From Chiloscyllium plagiosum (Eukaryota), in contig NC_057752.1 in the NCBI RefSeq assembly GCF_004010195.1, positions 11,066,336 to 11,113,855 on the forward strand: a stretch of DNA of 47,520 nt, given 5' to 3'. Numbering within the stretch: position 1 is the stretch's first letter; each line of letters opens with the position of its first letter. The notes under the pieces were generated by a model, which saw only the letters and a list, made by a program, of their open reading frames with translations, was not told where the DNA came from and did no database searches. Positions 1 through 12,701 of this stretch are shown one piece after another. The position numbers and the translations under genes are program-made.

Positions 1-134
1 GTCACAAGGAATTAAGGTCTACGGGGAGAATGCGGGTAAGTGGAGTTGAAATGCCTATCAGCCATGATTGAATGGCGGAGTGGACTCGATGGGCCGAATG
101 GCCTTACTTCCGCTCCTATGTCTTATGGTCTTAT
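1..134 (+). mobile_element. CR1-type LINE 3' end
   Basis: gatgggccgaatggcct hairpin and tcttatgg repeat tail, shared with 41540-41621. Confidence 0.75.
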
Positions 135-1603
135 TTCACCATTTCTTAAAAGGCTCAGCAATTCGGGTCATCAAATGTGCACCTTTGGAGGGGATTCGCG
201 TGGTGTGCTGAGAAACCCGCAAAACCTGTGCTGACCATATTTGATGTGCTCCATTGGATGTTCGATTATACTTTGTTGCTTACCGTTATTTAACTCCCAC
301 TCATTCTGAAATCTAGAGTATAACCTGTAAATATATTGTTTTGCTGCTCTAACTTTGTAAAGTTCATTTTGTTTGTTCAAATGGTGGAACCTTGTGGTTT
401 TATTCTCTAAGTCCTGGTGATCACAAAACTTCATTAAATTTAAACAAACAAGTTACTGGCCCCGAGCTAGACTGTGATGTAAATGACTGAAATTGTCTCA
501 CCAAGTACTATGACAGCACTTACACAAGTTGCACTGCATAGTTACTTTTTAAAAATTAAGCAATTAATGTTATTGGACACATTCCTCTTGGTTTGTATTC
601 AAGTTCAAACTGATGCAGAAAGAATACAAGATCAAGAGATTGGAAAGTGTTACATATACTAGGTGTGAGTCTATTTTATAATCTACTGTAAGTTTTCTAT
701 GAAAAGTAACTTTAAATAAAAACTTTTGAACTACTTATGCTTTTCCAAGAGCAGTAATGATACATTATACACTGGCTGTCACAGAATAACATGAAATGTC
801 TGCCGAAATGAATGGCCAGTTGAACTGAACAGCCTTGTTTGTCAGACTATTAAACACCAAGAGTCCATGCTATGTTAAAGTTATGCATTGTTTTTTAATA
901 CATTCATAAAGTACAACTTGCATTGTGGGTGCCAACTGGCTGATCTTTCAGAGATACATTTCTGTAACACAGAAAATGTGGTCTTTCCAACTAAATGGCA
1001 CAAAATGACCAGGCTGAAGTTGCATATAGTCAACCTCTTATGATTGGGGTGAAACTTGGTTGGTGACACAGCGTTGTCAAAACAAAAAAGGCTTCATTTA
1101 TCTCAGACATATGAAGCACCAGGCAGGCTAATGTAACGTGTTAGAATGCCATCCAATACAACAATCCTTTTGCTAAGGTCATCTTTTCCCAAGTACAAGC
1201 TGATCACTGAACATTGAGAATTAAACAGGCTTTTCATTTTGATTCTGTGATGGCAAATACAAGTCAGCAATTCACTCCCGAAGCTTAGATATGATTGACC
1301 AAAAGTGTTCTCCTTCAATTAGAAGCACAAATTAGCATTTCCAGAAAGAGCTGAGGGGTAAGCAGAGGATATCCCTCATCCTTTGAGGATTCAGTCTGGA
1401 AATGAACTATTTTAGGTGCTCTGATTGCAGCCATGTCCATGCATTGTGCCATGGTCTTAAACAAAATCAGTGGCCCAGAAAGATTTTTTATTAAAATCAG
1501 TTGTGGTGCTCTGGACAGACCTGATGGCAAATAGGCACAAAGTGACCATCAAAACACAGTGGAAAAGAAATAAACTCCTCACCCCTCCAAGAGGAAAACT
1601 GAT

Positions 1604-1930
1604 CAAAGTTTGTGCGAAGATTTGTAGCTCGGGTGCTCGTTGCTGTGGTTCTGTTCGCCGAGCTGGAAGTTTTTGTTGCAAACGTTTCGTCCCCTGGCTA
1701 GGCGACATCATCAGTGCTTGGGAGCCTCCTGCGAAGCGCTTCTTTGATGTTTCCTCCGGTGTTTATAGTGGTCTGTCCCTGCCGCTTCCGGTTGTCCAGA
1801 CCACTATAAACACCGGAGGAAACATCAAAGAAGCGCTTCGCAGGAGGCTCCCAAGCACTGATGATGTCGCCTAGCCAGGGGACAAAACGTTTGCAACAAA
1901 AACTTCCAGCTCAGCGAACAGAACCACAGC
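1604..1930 (-). mobile_element. Penelope-like element terminus with inverted partial copy (fold-back) and 12-bp target-site duplication
   Basis: 135-bp arms at 1641-1775 and 1797-1931 (2 mismatches); direct repeat AGGAAAACTGAT at 1592-1603 and 1931-1942; hammerhead core in each arm. Confidence 0.8.
1678..1717 (-). ncRNA. Minimal type I hammerhead ribozyme motif
   Basis: GCA-CUGAUGA-U-GUCGCCU-AGCC-AGGGGAC-GAAAC-GUU-UGC: conserved core, stem II, palindromic stem III and 3-bp stem I. Confidence 0.7.
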
Positions 1931-2070
1931 AGGAAAACTGATATTTGCGCAAAAAGACAATTCAAGAGGTTACAGGCGTATATAGCGACAAGGGAGAAAA
2001 GCTCAGAATTTTCTTTCAGATTTAGCACAATTAACCCTTTGCGAACTATTCACAACCATCCAAAATTGCA

Positions 2071-2076
2071 TTTATT
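2071..2076 (-). terminator. Candidate polyadenylation signal AATAAA for DAZAP2
   Basis: AATAAA on minus ~690 nt after the stop, followed by a GT-rich tract (ttttggatggttgtg). Alternatives at 2496-2501 and 399-404. Confidence 0.5.
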
Positions 2077-2309
2077 TTTAAAAAGTGAAGAACATCATGA
2101 GGCTTTATATATTTCTCAATTACAGCAATATACATAGAAATCATTTGTGCAGTGCACGCACACATACACTTCTGTCCTTCATAGGCCAAATCAGTGTTTT
2201 AAAAAGTGATCAGGGACATAGCAAACTGACAGTGACCCAAAAGGGTTACTTTGGTTCATAAAAATTGATTCCTAATCCTCTTAAAATCAACTGATGCCAC
2301 TTTCTGATT

Positions 2310-2495
2310 AATTGGAAAAACTCAGCAGGTCTGGCAGCCTCTGCAGAGAGAAATCAGAGTTAATGTTTCAGGTTGAGTTACTGAACTCATCGTTACCTCT
2401 AAATTCTCTCTTCACGGATGCTGCCAGACCTGCTGAGCTTTGCCAGCATATTCTGCTTTTGTTTCTGATTTCCAGCATCAACAGTTCTTTTAGTA
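2310..2495. mobile_element. Degenerate fold-back Penelope-like remnant in the DAZAP2 3'UTR
   Basis: ctcagcaggtctggcagc is inverted to gctgccagacctgctgag; same family as 4395, 23705, 29005 and 35110. Confidence 0.65.
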
Positions 2496-2763
2496 TTTAT
2501 TCCGATTAATTGGGTTTCTTTTAGCCTGATTAAACTTAAAAGGACACAAACTAAACAGATTTTTAAAAAATTTTTTAAAGTACTCAATGTTGTTTTACAA
2601 GCATTTAACAGATATACTACAACTTTAAATTCTGTGCTCAAAGAGAGAAATTTTTAAAGTATTTCAAAGCAGCTTAGTTATCAAGTTACATCCATTAATT
2701 GTCTAAACAAACTAAGATTAATGGTTCCTTCCATAAAACGTTCTTGTTCACGCTTTCATCTGT

Positions 2764-2892
2764 TTACCAGATTGTATAACCACCACTTGAGCCACCGGAA
2801 ATCCAGTTGGCCTTTTTCTGGGTCACAATGACATTGCCGCTCTGCACGGCTGCAATCTGAGCTGCATTGGGAGGGCAACCAGGTGGAGGAGG
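2764..2892 (-). CDS. DAZAP2: DAZAP2 homologue, last coding exon (PPPPGCPPNAAQIAAVQSGNVIVTQKKANWISGGSSGGYTIW*)
   Basis: Polypyrimidine tract plus tttag acceptor; 129 nt ending in TAA. C-terminal PPPPGCPPNAAQ...GGYTIW is typical of DAZAP2. Not in the ORF track; read by hand. Confidence 0.96.
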   Translation of the reverse strand, partial: PPPPGCPPNAAQIAAVQSGNVIVTQKKANWISGGSSGGYTIW

Positions 2893-4394
2893 CTAAATTG
2901 AAAAAGAAAAATAGAAGTTGCTTTTAAGGTGAACCAACAGAAATTGGTAAAATTGAATCCTCTGATAAAATACCAAAAACCCAAAATATCTTTCAGCTTA
3001 ATCAGCATACATTCGAGTTTCAGTTTTGCTTCTTTTCCCACTCCAATTTCCTGAATATTGATATCTAGACACATCCTTGGTTTTCACTGACAAATGGGAA
3101 CTAAATCATTGGAGTACTTTGGGACAGCAAGCCAACTTGACCACTCATCAGTGTTCAGCTTTGTTAAGTAGTCAGACTTCTGGAGGGGTCTCAACATTCT
3201 GCGTGAACGCAGGGTGACAATTCAGTCACCGAGTAACCACATCATGATGTTGTGGTACAACTCATTTAAGAGATAAATGAGATGTTGACGGGTGATATCA
3301 TTTTATAAGCCCTGGCAAACAGGATGTTCAATTAAAGACAGGTCTTCCTCATGGTCAATCTGATTCAAGTCGACAAGGTTTTACAGTGATGTAACCATTG
3401 ACTACAAGAAACCCATGTTAAAAGAGCCACAGACCAAAGGAATAATATATGTAAGAGTTAAACAGGCTATAAGGGGCTGTAAAAGCTAAATAGGGATTTC
3501 TATGCTCACAGTAAAACCAAAGGAGCAGAATTCTCCAAACCTTGTACGCCATAAAGGCAGAGATTCGCAGATCCCTCCCCAAATGGCCCTAGGAATCATG
3601 AAGGATTAACTGGTTCAGAGATGGGGGCATGAGGATAAACAGAGAAGAGGTGAAGCAAACAGTAGCAGGGACAAAGCTAGGTCAGGGCAAGATGACAGGC
3701 TCGGTTTGGGTGAGTACAAGATACGTACCCGAAACTGAAGGCACTAGCTTTTTGTGATTATTTACAGACAAAGATGGAATTTGAATAATGAACTGTGTAC
3801 TTGACTACTTGTGTATAATAAAGATAGGTTGCTTCTATTCAGTAGAGTTCTGTTCTGGCTAGTTCTACAGTAGGATGTTTCCTGCGTACACTTGAATAAA
3901 TTATTATCATCCTCTACCCGAGGGTTGTGGTTGGTCATTATAAGTAACCACAACACACAATTTAAGTGGCTGACATAGTTCCAGTCACAATGAACCAAAT
4001 ATACTTCAAAAAGGTGCAATTTTGAGAGCTTTTGATTTCTTTGTGCAGGCTTTGTACTCCGATATAGCTCCTTAGGTTATCAAGTTTGGCAGCATCAGAA
4101 TGGTACCATGCTTTAATATACTGGGACAACTGGCAAAGTGAGGTTTGCAACCAGTCTATACACAGACTTGCTGCACGGAGTCTATGTAAACATGAGCACA
4201 AAATGCATTGAGCTTGCTGTCCCACTATTTGGCCTTTAAAGAAGGAGGGTTTATAAACACAATGGGAGTCAATTGGATTCTAGAAGACCTCAATACAGGA
4301 TGAAAAATGTATACAACAGAGGAGTTTGTCTGTCTCAGGGGTGTTACTGTTCCGCAATTTACAAATAGTTTGAATAGATCAGTAATCGGTGACA

Positions 4395-4530
4395 CCAAAA
4401 CAAATTTCTGGCAAAACCCAGCAGCCCTGCCAGCACCTGTGACGTCTCCCCACAGATCTACTGCGTTTCGCCAGCAATTTATGTTTCTGTTTCAGATCTC
4501 CAGCATCCACAGTTCTTCCTTTTATTTCAG
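4395..4530. mobile_element. Degenerate fold-back Penelope-like remnant
   Basis: Shares ccagcaattt..gtttcagatctccagcatccacagtt with 2310-2495. Confidence 0.55.
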
Positions 4531-5424
4531 TAATCAGTGTTTTGTTATGCTAAAATTATGGGAAAAGGAAATGAACAGTGGGAGTCGAAAGTAAATAGAA
4601 TACGCTACAGGAAGGAAATCAGTCTTGTAAACACAATTTGCAACTGTCACGAAAAAGGGGAAACCATCCTCTGAGGAGAGGAACTGCTGTTAAGATGGTA
4701 TCTTTTACTTTATTTTTGATTGTGGATTAGAATGGAAAAAGGACTGTTATAAAACTAAGGACTGGGGAAGGAATTGCTGCACTTCTAACAAGAAGTTACT
4801 GGACTCATTGTGAGGGGTGTTTGTATGGTTGTTTTGCAACAATTCGGAGGAGATAAGACACCACAACCCCAGAGAGAATATATTCAGAGAGAGATTTGTC
4901 CAGCAACAGGTAGCTGATTGGTTTGTGCAATTGTGACCAGTTTAGATACTGGAAGTCATCAGCCTGACAACAGCTCTCTCTGATTGTTTCCTGGGTAGGT
5001 GACCAGCTTAGGTGTTCACAACAGAAGGAGCGGGGCCTCTGGACTAGCAAAGGAGTGGGGGTCTATGTCTTTAGCGCTGTGCAATAGAAGTAACTGAAGC
5101 CTGAAGGCAGCCAATTATTTTCTTCCACCAGTCACTGTAGGTTATTGCCTTCAAGCAGTAACGAGGAGATTTTATAATTAGTGGGCCAATCACCCTGTGC
5201 CTTTTGCAAAGATGTGGAAAAACTTGGAGGAAGACAGCAGCGAACAGAAGGCCTTGGGAAGCAAAATGGACGTTGCATCAATCCTGCAGACTGGAGCTCT
5301 TGAACCAAGTTTCCCCAGTGCGTTTTCCCTCCACCCATAACACCAAAGTTTTTCTGTATGTATGTGAGAGAGACAGTGCGCAAGCGAGAGAGAGGGAAAA
5401 AAAACACAAAAGGATTTCACAGCC

Positions 5425-6885
5425 TTCAAAGTGAATAAGTCTACAAGCCAGGATGAGACACTTTCCTCAACAGCCTGGGATATGAGGAAGGCACCATCAG
5501 GAGCCCTGGCAATAATTTTCAACTCCTCTCTGGTCACAGGTGAGGTGCCAATGAACTGGTGGGCTGCTAATGTTGTCCCGTTATTTTAAAAAAAAGGAAG
5601 GAAAGACCAGGAAATCACAGGCTTGTGTCACTCTAACCTCACTGATACGACCAGAAAGAATTCTGAGGGACAGAATATATCTGCACTTAGAGACATGGAT
5701 TAATCAGGGATAGAATGCATAAATTTGTTAAATGAAGATTCGATCTAATTTGAGAGGAAGTAACCAGGAGTTTTGATGAGGGTAATACATTTAATGTGGT
5801 CGACATGGATTTTGACAAGGCTTTTGGTAACGGCAGACTGATCGAGAAAGTCTGCCATTACCAAAATGGGATCAAAGGCAAAAGTGGCACCTTGGATCCA
5901 AACATTGGTTGAGACGCAGGAAGCAAAAGAGGACGATAGAGGGATGTTCCTGTGACTGGAAGTCGGTTTCCAGTGGAGTTCTAGGCAGGGCTCAGTGCTG
6001 GGGCACTTGCTGTTTGTGTGTACTTTAATGATTTGGATTTAAATAGCGGGGTATGATCAAGAAGTTTGAGGATCACGTGAAAAGTGGCAGGATGGTAAAG
6101 AGAGGAGGAAATTAACCCATTCATCAGCTGAGCAGAGGCAAATGGAATTCAATCTTTGGGGAGGGGGGGGGGGGGGGTGGGAGAGGGAGAGAGAGAAATA
6201 ATGCACTTAGAGAGTCAATAAGGCAAGGGATTATACTATGAAGGGTAGCACCTTGGAAATTACTGAAGATCAGAGGGACCTTGATGTGCATGTCCATAGA
6301 TCCTTAAGGCAGCAGGGCAGGTAGATAAAGGTGGTTAAGACGATATATGGGATACCTGTATTCTATGCCTTGGCTAACAAAGGGAAGGAGGAGGTTATGA
6401 TGGAGTTGTGTAAAACATTAGTTAGGCCACAAGTGGACTATGGTATGCAGTCTGATCAAACTAAAAGGAGGATGTGATTGCACAAGAGACAATGTGGAGG
6501 AGATTCACCAGGATGCTGCCTTGGAGTGGAGATTCTGTGCCATGGGCTATTTTCAAAATGTTAGGAGGGGAACATTATGGAGGTTTCTAAGATTATAACA
6601 GCATAGACAAGGCAAACAGGAAGGCACTTTTTCTATTCGCAGAGAGATCAGGAGCCAGGAGGGATAGATTTAAAAGGTAGAAGGCAAAGAGGAGAGTCGA
6701 GGAGGGTGGTGGGTACCTGGAGCTCACTGCCTGAAAAGGATGATTGAGTCAGAAACATTTATAACATTCAAACAGGTTTTTAGATATTCACTTGTTGTTG
6801 CTATTAGCCTCCAGGGCCAAAGGCCAAAGTTGTAGTCTTTGTTGACTACAGCCCTTCCGTGCTGTAAACATTTAGGAGTCTAAAG
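5425..6885 (+). mobile_element. Old CR1 LINE ORF2 (RT) and 3' end, degraded
   Basis: Broken RT motifs (gctaatgttgtccc, gacatggattttgacaaggc, cagggctcagtgctggg). Confidence 0.8.
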
Positions 6886-7329
6886 AATGACAGAAAAGGT
6901 TGAGTTGTTCTCCTTAGGGCCAGAACTGATTTGAAGGGATGATAATGATGAAGGGTTTAGTCAGAATAAATAGAAACGGTTTCCAATGGCTGAAGGATCA
7001 ATAATCAGCATGACCCAGGTTTAAAGTCAGAAGTTGATTGGCAAAAGAGCCAGAAACAACATAAAAGAAAGGTTTTTTTTATTTAAAAAAAAAAACACAA
7101 ACAGTAGTTAGGACAGAGAAAGAATTGGCCGTTTGGGAGGGATGGTGTTAATGGAGAAAAGGGCAGACTGGATTTCTCTTCCAAAGAATTGGTGCAGACT
7201 TGATGAGCTGAAATGATGTTCTTCTATGCTGCATTATTCTAGAAGACCCAACACGCAGCGCAAAAGTGTTCAATAGGAATTGTGAGGGCTAAAAAGGACA
7301 GGATAAAAGGTAACAGGAGAAACAGCACG

Positions 7330-10300
7330 GCCAATGAATTCTCTCCTTGGCCCTGCTTAAGACTGTTATGGAATATCAGGGCTGAAGTTTAAACTAGATT
7401 GGCAGGGGGTGGGAACCTCAGCTATGGATCAGGTGATGGAGTAGGTAGTGAACAGCAAAATACAGTGTGCAGAGAGTCTGTGAGGAGGGATAGACGGTTG
7501 ATAGGGGAAAAGGTGCAGTCAGTGTGATGAGTTGGAGTGTGTCTATTTTAATGCAAGAAGAATCAGGGATAAGGGTGATGAACTTAGCTCCAAGTACTGA
7601 TCCATGCTCTATGATGTTGTGCCCATTACGAGGCTTGGATATCATTTGGGCAGGAATGGTTGTTGGATGTTCCGGGGTTTTGATGTTTCAAACGGAATTG
7701 GGGGGGGGGGGGGGTGTAGCCAGGAAGGAACTGAAGAATGGACTTAGGAGAGCTAGAAGGGAGCATGAGAAAGCCTTGGCAGGTAGGATTAAGGAAAACC
7801 CTAAGGCACTCTACACTTATGTGAGGAACAAGAGGGTGGCCAGAGTGAGAGTAGGGCCGATCAGGGATAATGGAGGGGACTCGTGCCTGGAATCAGGAGT
7901 AGGGGAGGGCCTTAATGAATACTTTGCTTCAGTATTCACTCGTCAGGGACCTTGACATTTCTGAAGACAGCGAAACAGACTGATAGGCTAGAACAGGCAA
8001 TGTTAGGAAGGAGGATGTGCTGAAAATTTTGAAAAATAAATCTTTTGGGCCAAATAGGATATACCCTAGGTTACAACACAAAGCGAGGGAAGAAATTGCT
8101 CTGCCTTTGGCAATGATCTTTGCATCCTCACTGTGCACTGGAGTAGTGCTAGATGATTGGAGGGTGGCAAATATTATTTCCTTATTCAAGAAAGGGAGTC
8201 AGCATAATCCTGGGAACTACAGGCCAGTCAGTCTTATGTCAGTGGTGGACAAAGTATTGGAGAGTATTCCGAGAGACAGGATTTAATGATTAATCAAACT
8301 ATGGTTTTCCAAGTAGAGATCATCAGCATGGCTTTGTGAGGGGCAGGTCATGCCTCACAAACCTTACTGAATTCTTTGAGGAAAGGCTTGAGAGAACGTA
8401 ACTGGAGTGCTTTCTGGTAGAGGCAGTAAACGGTAAAGGGAAAAAAATACATCCAAGAGAAAATAACAAAAAAAAAAAAAGCACTAAACAAAAATAGCTG
8501 CACTGTCAACTGTGTTTTGGTAGTACAGAAAATTAGAGGTTGAAGCTTTTTTGCTCATCAGAAATAGGACGAAAGAAATAGACTTGAGAAGAAAAGACAA
8601 GACACCATTTACACAGAATGGGAAAAGGGTGCTGACTAGTTTGGCTATAATTGGCAGAGAGAAGCAAGAAATAGTATGCTATGTAAGTTATCTGATGTGG
8701 CTCACTTTCCTGTCATCTTTCCTATCACTGGCAAATTACCTGGTTGCTGCTTGGCAGTTCTCATTCTCCAAGGGCCATTATGAAGGTGAGTTTGTGGTTA
8801 GGATATGTATTTGTAAAGAAATTTTTTAAACAGAAAGCACAATAGTGGTTTTCAGGGGGGGGGAGTATACAAATTGAGAATGACGGTATACCCTGGACCC
8901 TAACGACAGTAGAGAGACGGGGAGAGATTTTGTGGTCACTAGTCCCAAATGTCTGAGTTTCTACAGGCTCTGCTGAATTTCATAGCAGAGCTGCTTTTAA
9001 ATGTTTGTACAGTTAGGAAGTTTGCAGATGACACCAAAATTGGAGGTGTAGTATCATGTTGCAGCTGTACAGGACATTGGTTAGGCCACTGTTGGAATAT
9101 TGCATGCAATTCTGGTCTCTTTCCTATCGGAAAGATGTTGTGAAACTTGAAAGGTTCAGAAAAGATTTACAAGGATGTTGCCAGGGTTGGAGGATTTGAA
9201 CTACAGGGAGAGGCTTAACAGGCTGGGGCTATTTTCCTTGGAGCGTCGGAGGCTGAGGGGTGACCTTATAGAGTTTTACAAAATCATGAGGGGCATGGAT
9301 AGGGTAAATAGACAAAGTCTTTTCCCTGGGGTGGGGGAGTCCAGAACGAGGGGTTTAGGGTGATACGGGTATGGAATGAGCTGCCAGAGGATGTGGTGGA
9401 GGCTGGTACAATTGCAACATTTAAGAGGCATTGGATTGGTATATGAATAGGAAGGGTTTGGAGGGAAATGGGTCGGGTGCTGGCAGGTGGGACTAGATTG
9501 GGTTGGGATATCTGGTTGGACCGAAGGGTTTGTTTCCATGCTGAATATCTCTATGACTATGTGACAAAACACATTGATGATGGTAGAACAATGGATGTGA
9601 TGTATATGGAATTTAGCAAGGCATTTGATAAAGTTCCCCATGGTAGGCTCATTCAAAGTAAGGAGGCAAAGGATACAGGGAAACTTGACTGTCTGGATAC
9701 AGAATTGGCTGGCCCATTGATGACAGAGGGTGGTGGTAGCTGGAAAGTATTCAGCCTGGAGCTCGGTGACCAGTAGTGCTCCGCAGGGATCGGTTCTGGG
9801 ACCTCTGCTCTGTGATTTTTATCGGATGAGGAAGTGGAAGGGTGGGTTAGTAAGTTTGCCGATGTCACAAAGGTTGGAGGAGTTGTGGATAGTGTGGAGG
9901 GCTGTTGTAGGTTGCAATGGGACATTGACAGGATTCAGAGCTGGGCTGATAATAGGCAGGTGGAATTCAACCCTGGAAAAGCGTGAAGTGATTCACTTTG
10001 GAAGGTTGAACTTGAATGCATAATACAGGGTTAAAGACAGGATTCTTGGCAGTGTGGAGGAACAGAGATCTCTGGCGTCTGTGTCCATAGATTCCAGAAA
10101 ATTGCCATCCAGGTAGATAGGGTTGTTAAGAAGGCACATGGTGTGTTGTCTTTCGTTAGCAGGGGGATTGAGTTTCAGAGTCGTGATGTTATGCTGCAGC
10201 TCTATAGCTGCAGAGAGTGATAGTTGCTTGGAATGCACTGCCAGCAGTGGTAGTAGAGTCAGATTCATTAGGGACATTTAAGTGACTCTTGGATTGTACA

Positions 10301-10385
10301 ATCAAAAGGTATGTAGGTTAGTCTTAGAGGATAAAAGGCCGGCACAACATCAAGGACTGAAGGCCCTGTGCTGTTCTATATTATA
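7330..10385 (+). mobile_element. CR1 LINE, interrupted at 8383-9557
   Basis: ORF fragments [61 protein letters not shown]. Confidence 0.9.
9008..9560 (+). mobile_element. Younger 5'-truncated CR1/HER1-type LINE nested in the older CR1
   Basis: KFADDTKIGG, RLGLFSLERRRLRGDLIE; tail ctctatgact. Confidence 0.9.
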
Positions 10386-11282
10386 TGTTAAGTTGGAACA
10401 AAATCAACAGAATTGGGCATTTAAGCAATGAAGAAAGACTAAGACTACGAGAGAGTTTGATATTGGAAAACAAATGGATTGGAGTGAAACTAAAGATATA
10501 CAAAGATCTTCGAGGGATCCCAGAATGATCAAAATCAAGATAAATCTCTAGGCTAATAAATACGGAATAACAAACAGGAAGACGACAGAAGTGAAAGATA
10601 TTATAAAATTCAGATGAAGCTGAATCAGTATTTGCTCTTTGAAAAGGCAGAGGTAAAAAGTGGGATTTGGAATTGATGGATGGACACAGCTACTTCTGTT
10701 ACTCAAGGGAGCAAGATGGACCCTGTTAATTATTTCTAGTTATGTACCTTGGGTAACCATGGTTTCCTGGAACATGATTGCCCTCGGAAATCATTTTCTC
10801 AGTACTGGTTTTGAATTTGGCCATGCTTTTCCGCACAGTGGCTCTCCCCATGATCACAATGATCACTACACCAAGTGATCAGCTATAGTAATTAAAGAGG
10901 TTGGGTTTAAATAAAAGGTTGCAACAGCTCAGCTCATTAGTCATCGGTCTAATAATTTCTTACTTTTTTGTGCTATAGACAGAATTTTTTTTTTGAATAA
11001 ATGAAAAAAAGTGACAAAAAGGAATGGACAGGAAAGACAACTAGAAAATGTAATTTTTAACAATAGTTTATTATAGTTTAAAATTACAGTATGAGCATTA
11101 CTTAAAAATGTTATAATTCGCTTTTTAAAAACCTGTGGTTGCTTTAGCATCATGATGCAGAAACTGAAAATTTATAAAACTATCCAAGTTACATCCAATT
11201 CAACCCCAACAATCACAGATAACATTGTGCCACACTATAATTCATAACCATACCCACAGTGCCAACTGTTCAGAACACTTAC

Positions 11283-11501
11283 TGGAATATTAGCAGTGGC
11301 TCCTGCCCCAAACCTGGCACCTGGATCATATCCATCATTCACGAGCACAGTTGAAGATGGAGAGAAGACTTGTGGCACTGCATAGTACTGTATGGGCATG
11401 GGTGCCCCAGTTGGACCCACTTGCATTTGGCCTGTGACTGGTACATAGTAGCCACCTGGATAACCAGGTCGCGCTTGGACAGATCTTGGCTGCTGGTGAA
11501 G
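11283..11501 (-). CDS. DAZAP2: DAZAP2 homologue, coding exon 3 (LHQQPRSV...STVLVNDGYDPGARFGAGATANIP)
   Basis: cccag acceptor and gtaagt donor; 219 nt, phase 0/0. STVLVxxGYDxGARFGAGAT is the DAZAP2 signature. Confidence 0.95.
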
Positions 11502-12027
11502 CTGGGATGCAAACAAATTCAAAAACGATCATTTCACAGTAAATCTATAAAGTTCACAGTATAATGTTGTCCAAGGCTGTTTGAAGTGAACAGATGACAA
11601 TGTTTCTGGAAACACACAAAAAGGTCCATCAAGACTTATAAAGAGAAATAACAGGTTCAAGTTTCAAGTCTAACCATATATTCTTAACGATGATGTGGAG
11701 GTGCTGGTGTTGGACTGGGGTGGACAAAGTTAAAAATCACACACCACCAGGTTATAGTCCAAACAGGTTTATTTAGAAGTAGAAACTTTCAGAGCGCTGC
11801 TCCTTCGTCAAGGAGGGGACAGGCAGCAGGATGTAAAGCAACAAATCAGCTCACACAGCACCAGATTATAGTCCAACAGCTTTATCAGGTAGCCAGTGGG
11901 GCAGGATCATAGGACAGAATTTATAGTAAAAGATCAAAGTGTCATACAACTGATGTGATGTATTGAACAAACCCAGATTGCTGTTAAGTCTTAATCACTT
12001 AGAACGGGGTTGCATGTTTCAATTTGT

Positions 12028-12350
12028 GGGCGGCACGGTGGCACAGTGGTTAGCACTGCTGCCTCACAGCGCCAGAGACCCGGGTTCAATTCCCGCCTCA
12101 GGCGACTGGCTGTGTGGAGTTTGCACATTCTCCCCGTGTCTGCGTGGGTTTCCTCCGGGTGCTCCGGTTTCCTCCCACAGTCCAAAGATGTGCAGGTCAG
12201 GTGAATTGGCCATGCTAAATTGTCCGTAGTGTTAGGTAAGGGGTAAATGTAGGGGTATGGGTGGTTTGCGCTTCAGCGGGTCGGTGTGGACTTGTTGGGC
12301 CGAAGGGCCTGTTTCCACACTGTAAAGTAATCTAATCTAATCTAATCTAA
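12028..12350 (+). mobile_element. HE1-type V-SINE, full length
   Basis: tRNA-like A box (TGGCACAGTGG) and B box (GGTTCAATTCC), V-domain, (TCTAA)n tail. Confidence 0.93.
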
Positions 12351-12666
12351 TTCACGAATATGTAAATCCCAGAACTTCTTTCAAGTCACATTCCTGAGAT
12401 AACTTAAGGTTTTATAAAAAAAGGGTGACATCTCAGCTCAGACAGAATGCATTAAAAGGTGTGAGGTTCGACTCTGTCTGTATCCCAACCTTGAGCCACA
12501 CCAGTTCTATTTCCAAAGTAGGATTTTATAAAATGTCACATGGACTGACTGCCTACAGATGGTGTGCTTTTTGAACAAAATAGAATGCAACTGCAAAACA
12601 AATCAGCAAATGCACAGTCACCCCGTCGACTACAAATTCTGGGTCCTATGATCCTGCCCCACCAAC

Positions 12667-12701
12667 CACCTGATGAAGGAGCAGCACTCTGAAAGCTAGT
12701 G
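12667..12701 (+). ncRNA. Minimal hammerhead ribozyme motif
   Basis: CAC-CUGAUGA-A-GGAGC-AGC-ACUCU-GAAAG-CUA-GUG; stem I CAC/GUG, weakened stem II. Confidence 0.6.

Noticed and set aside
1470..1874. 134-aa ORF
   Set aside because: Runs through the fold-back repeat, starts at GTG and has no recognisable domain.
4640..5420. Possible LTR-like segment
   Set aside because: No second copy, TSD or clear termini identifiable.
12028..12100. tRNA-like A/B boxes
   Set aside because: SINE head followed by V-domain and tail; not a tRNA gene.
11963..12229. ORFs such as GGTVAQWLALLPHSARDPGSIP, recurring at 18579-19204 and 22152-22876
   Set aside because: Translations of HE1 SINEs, not genes.
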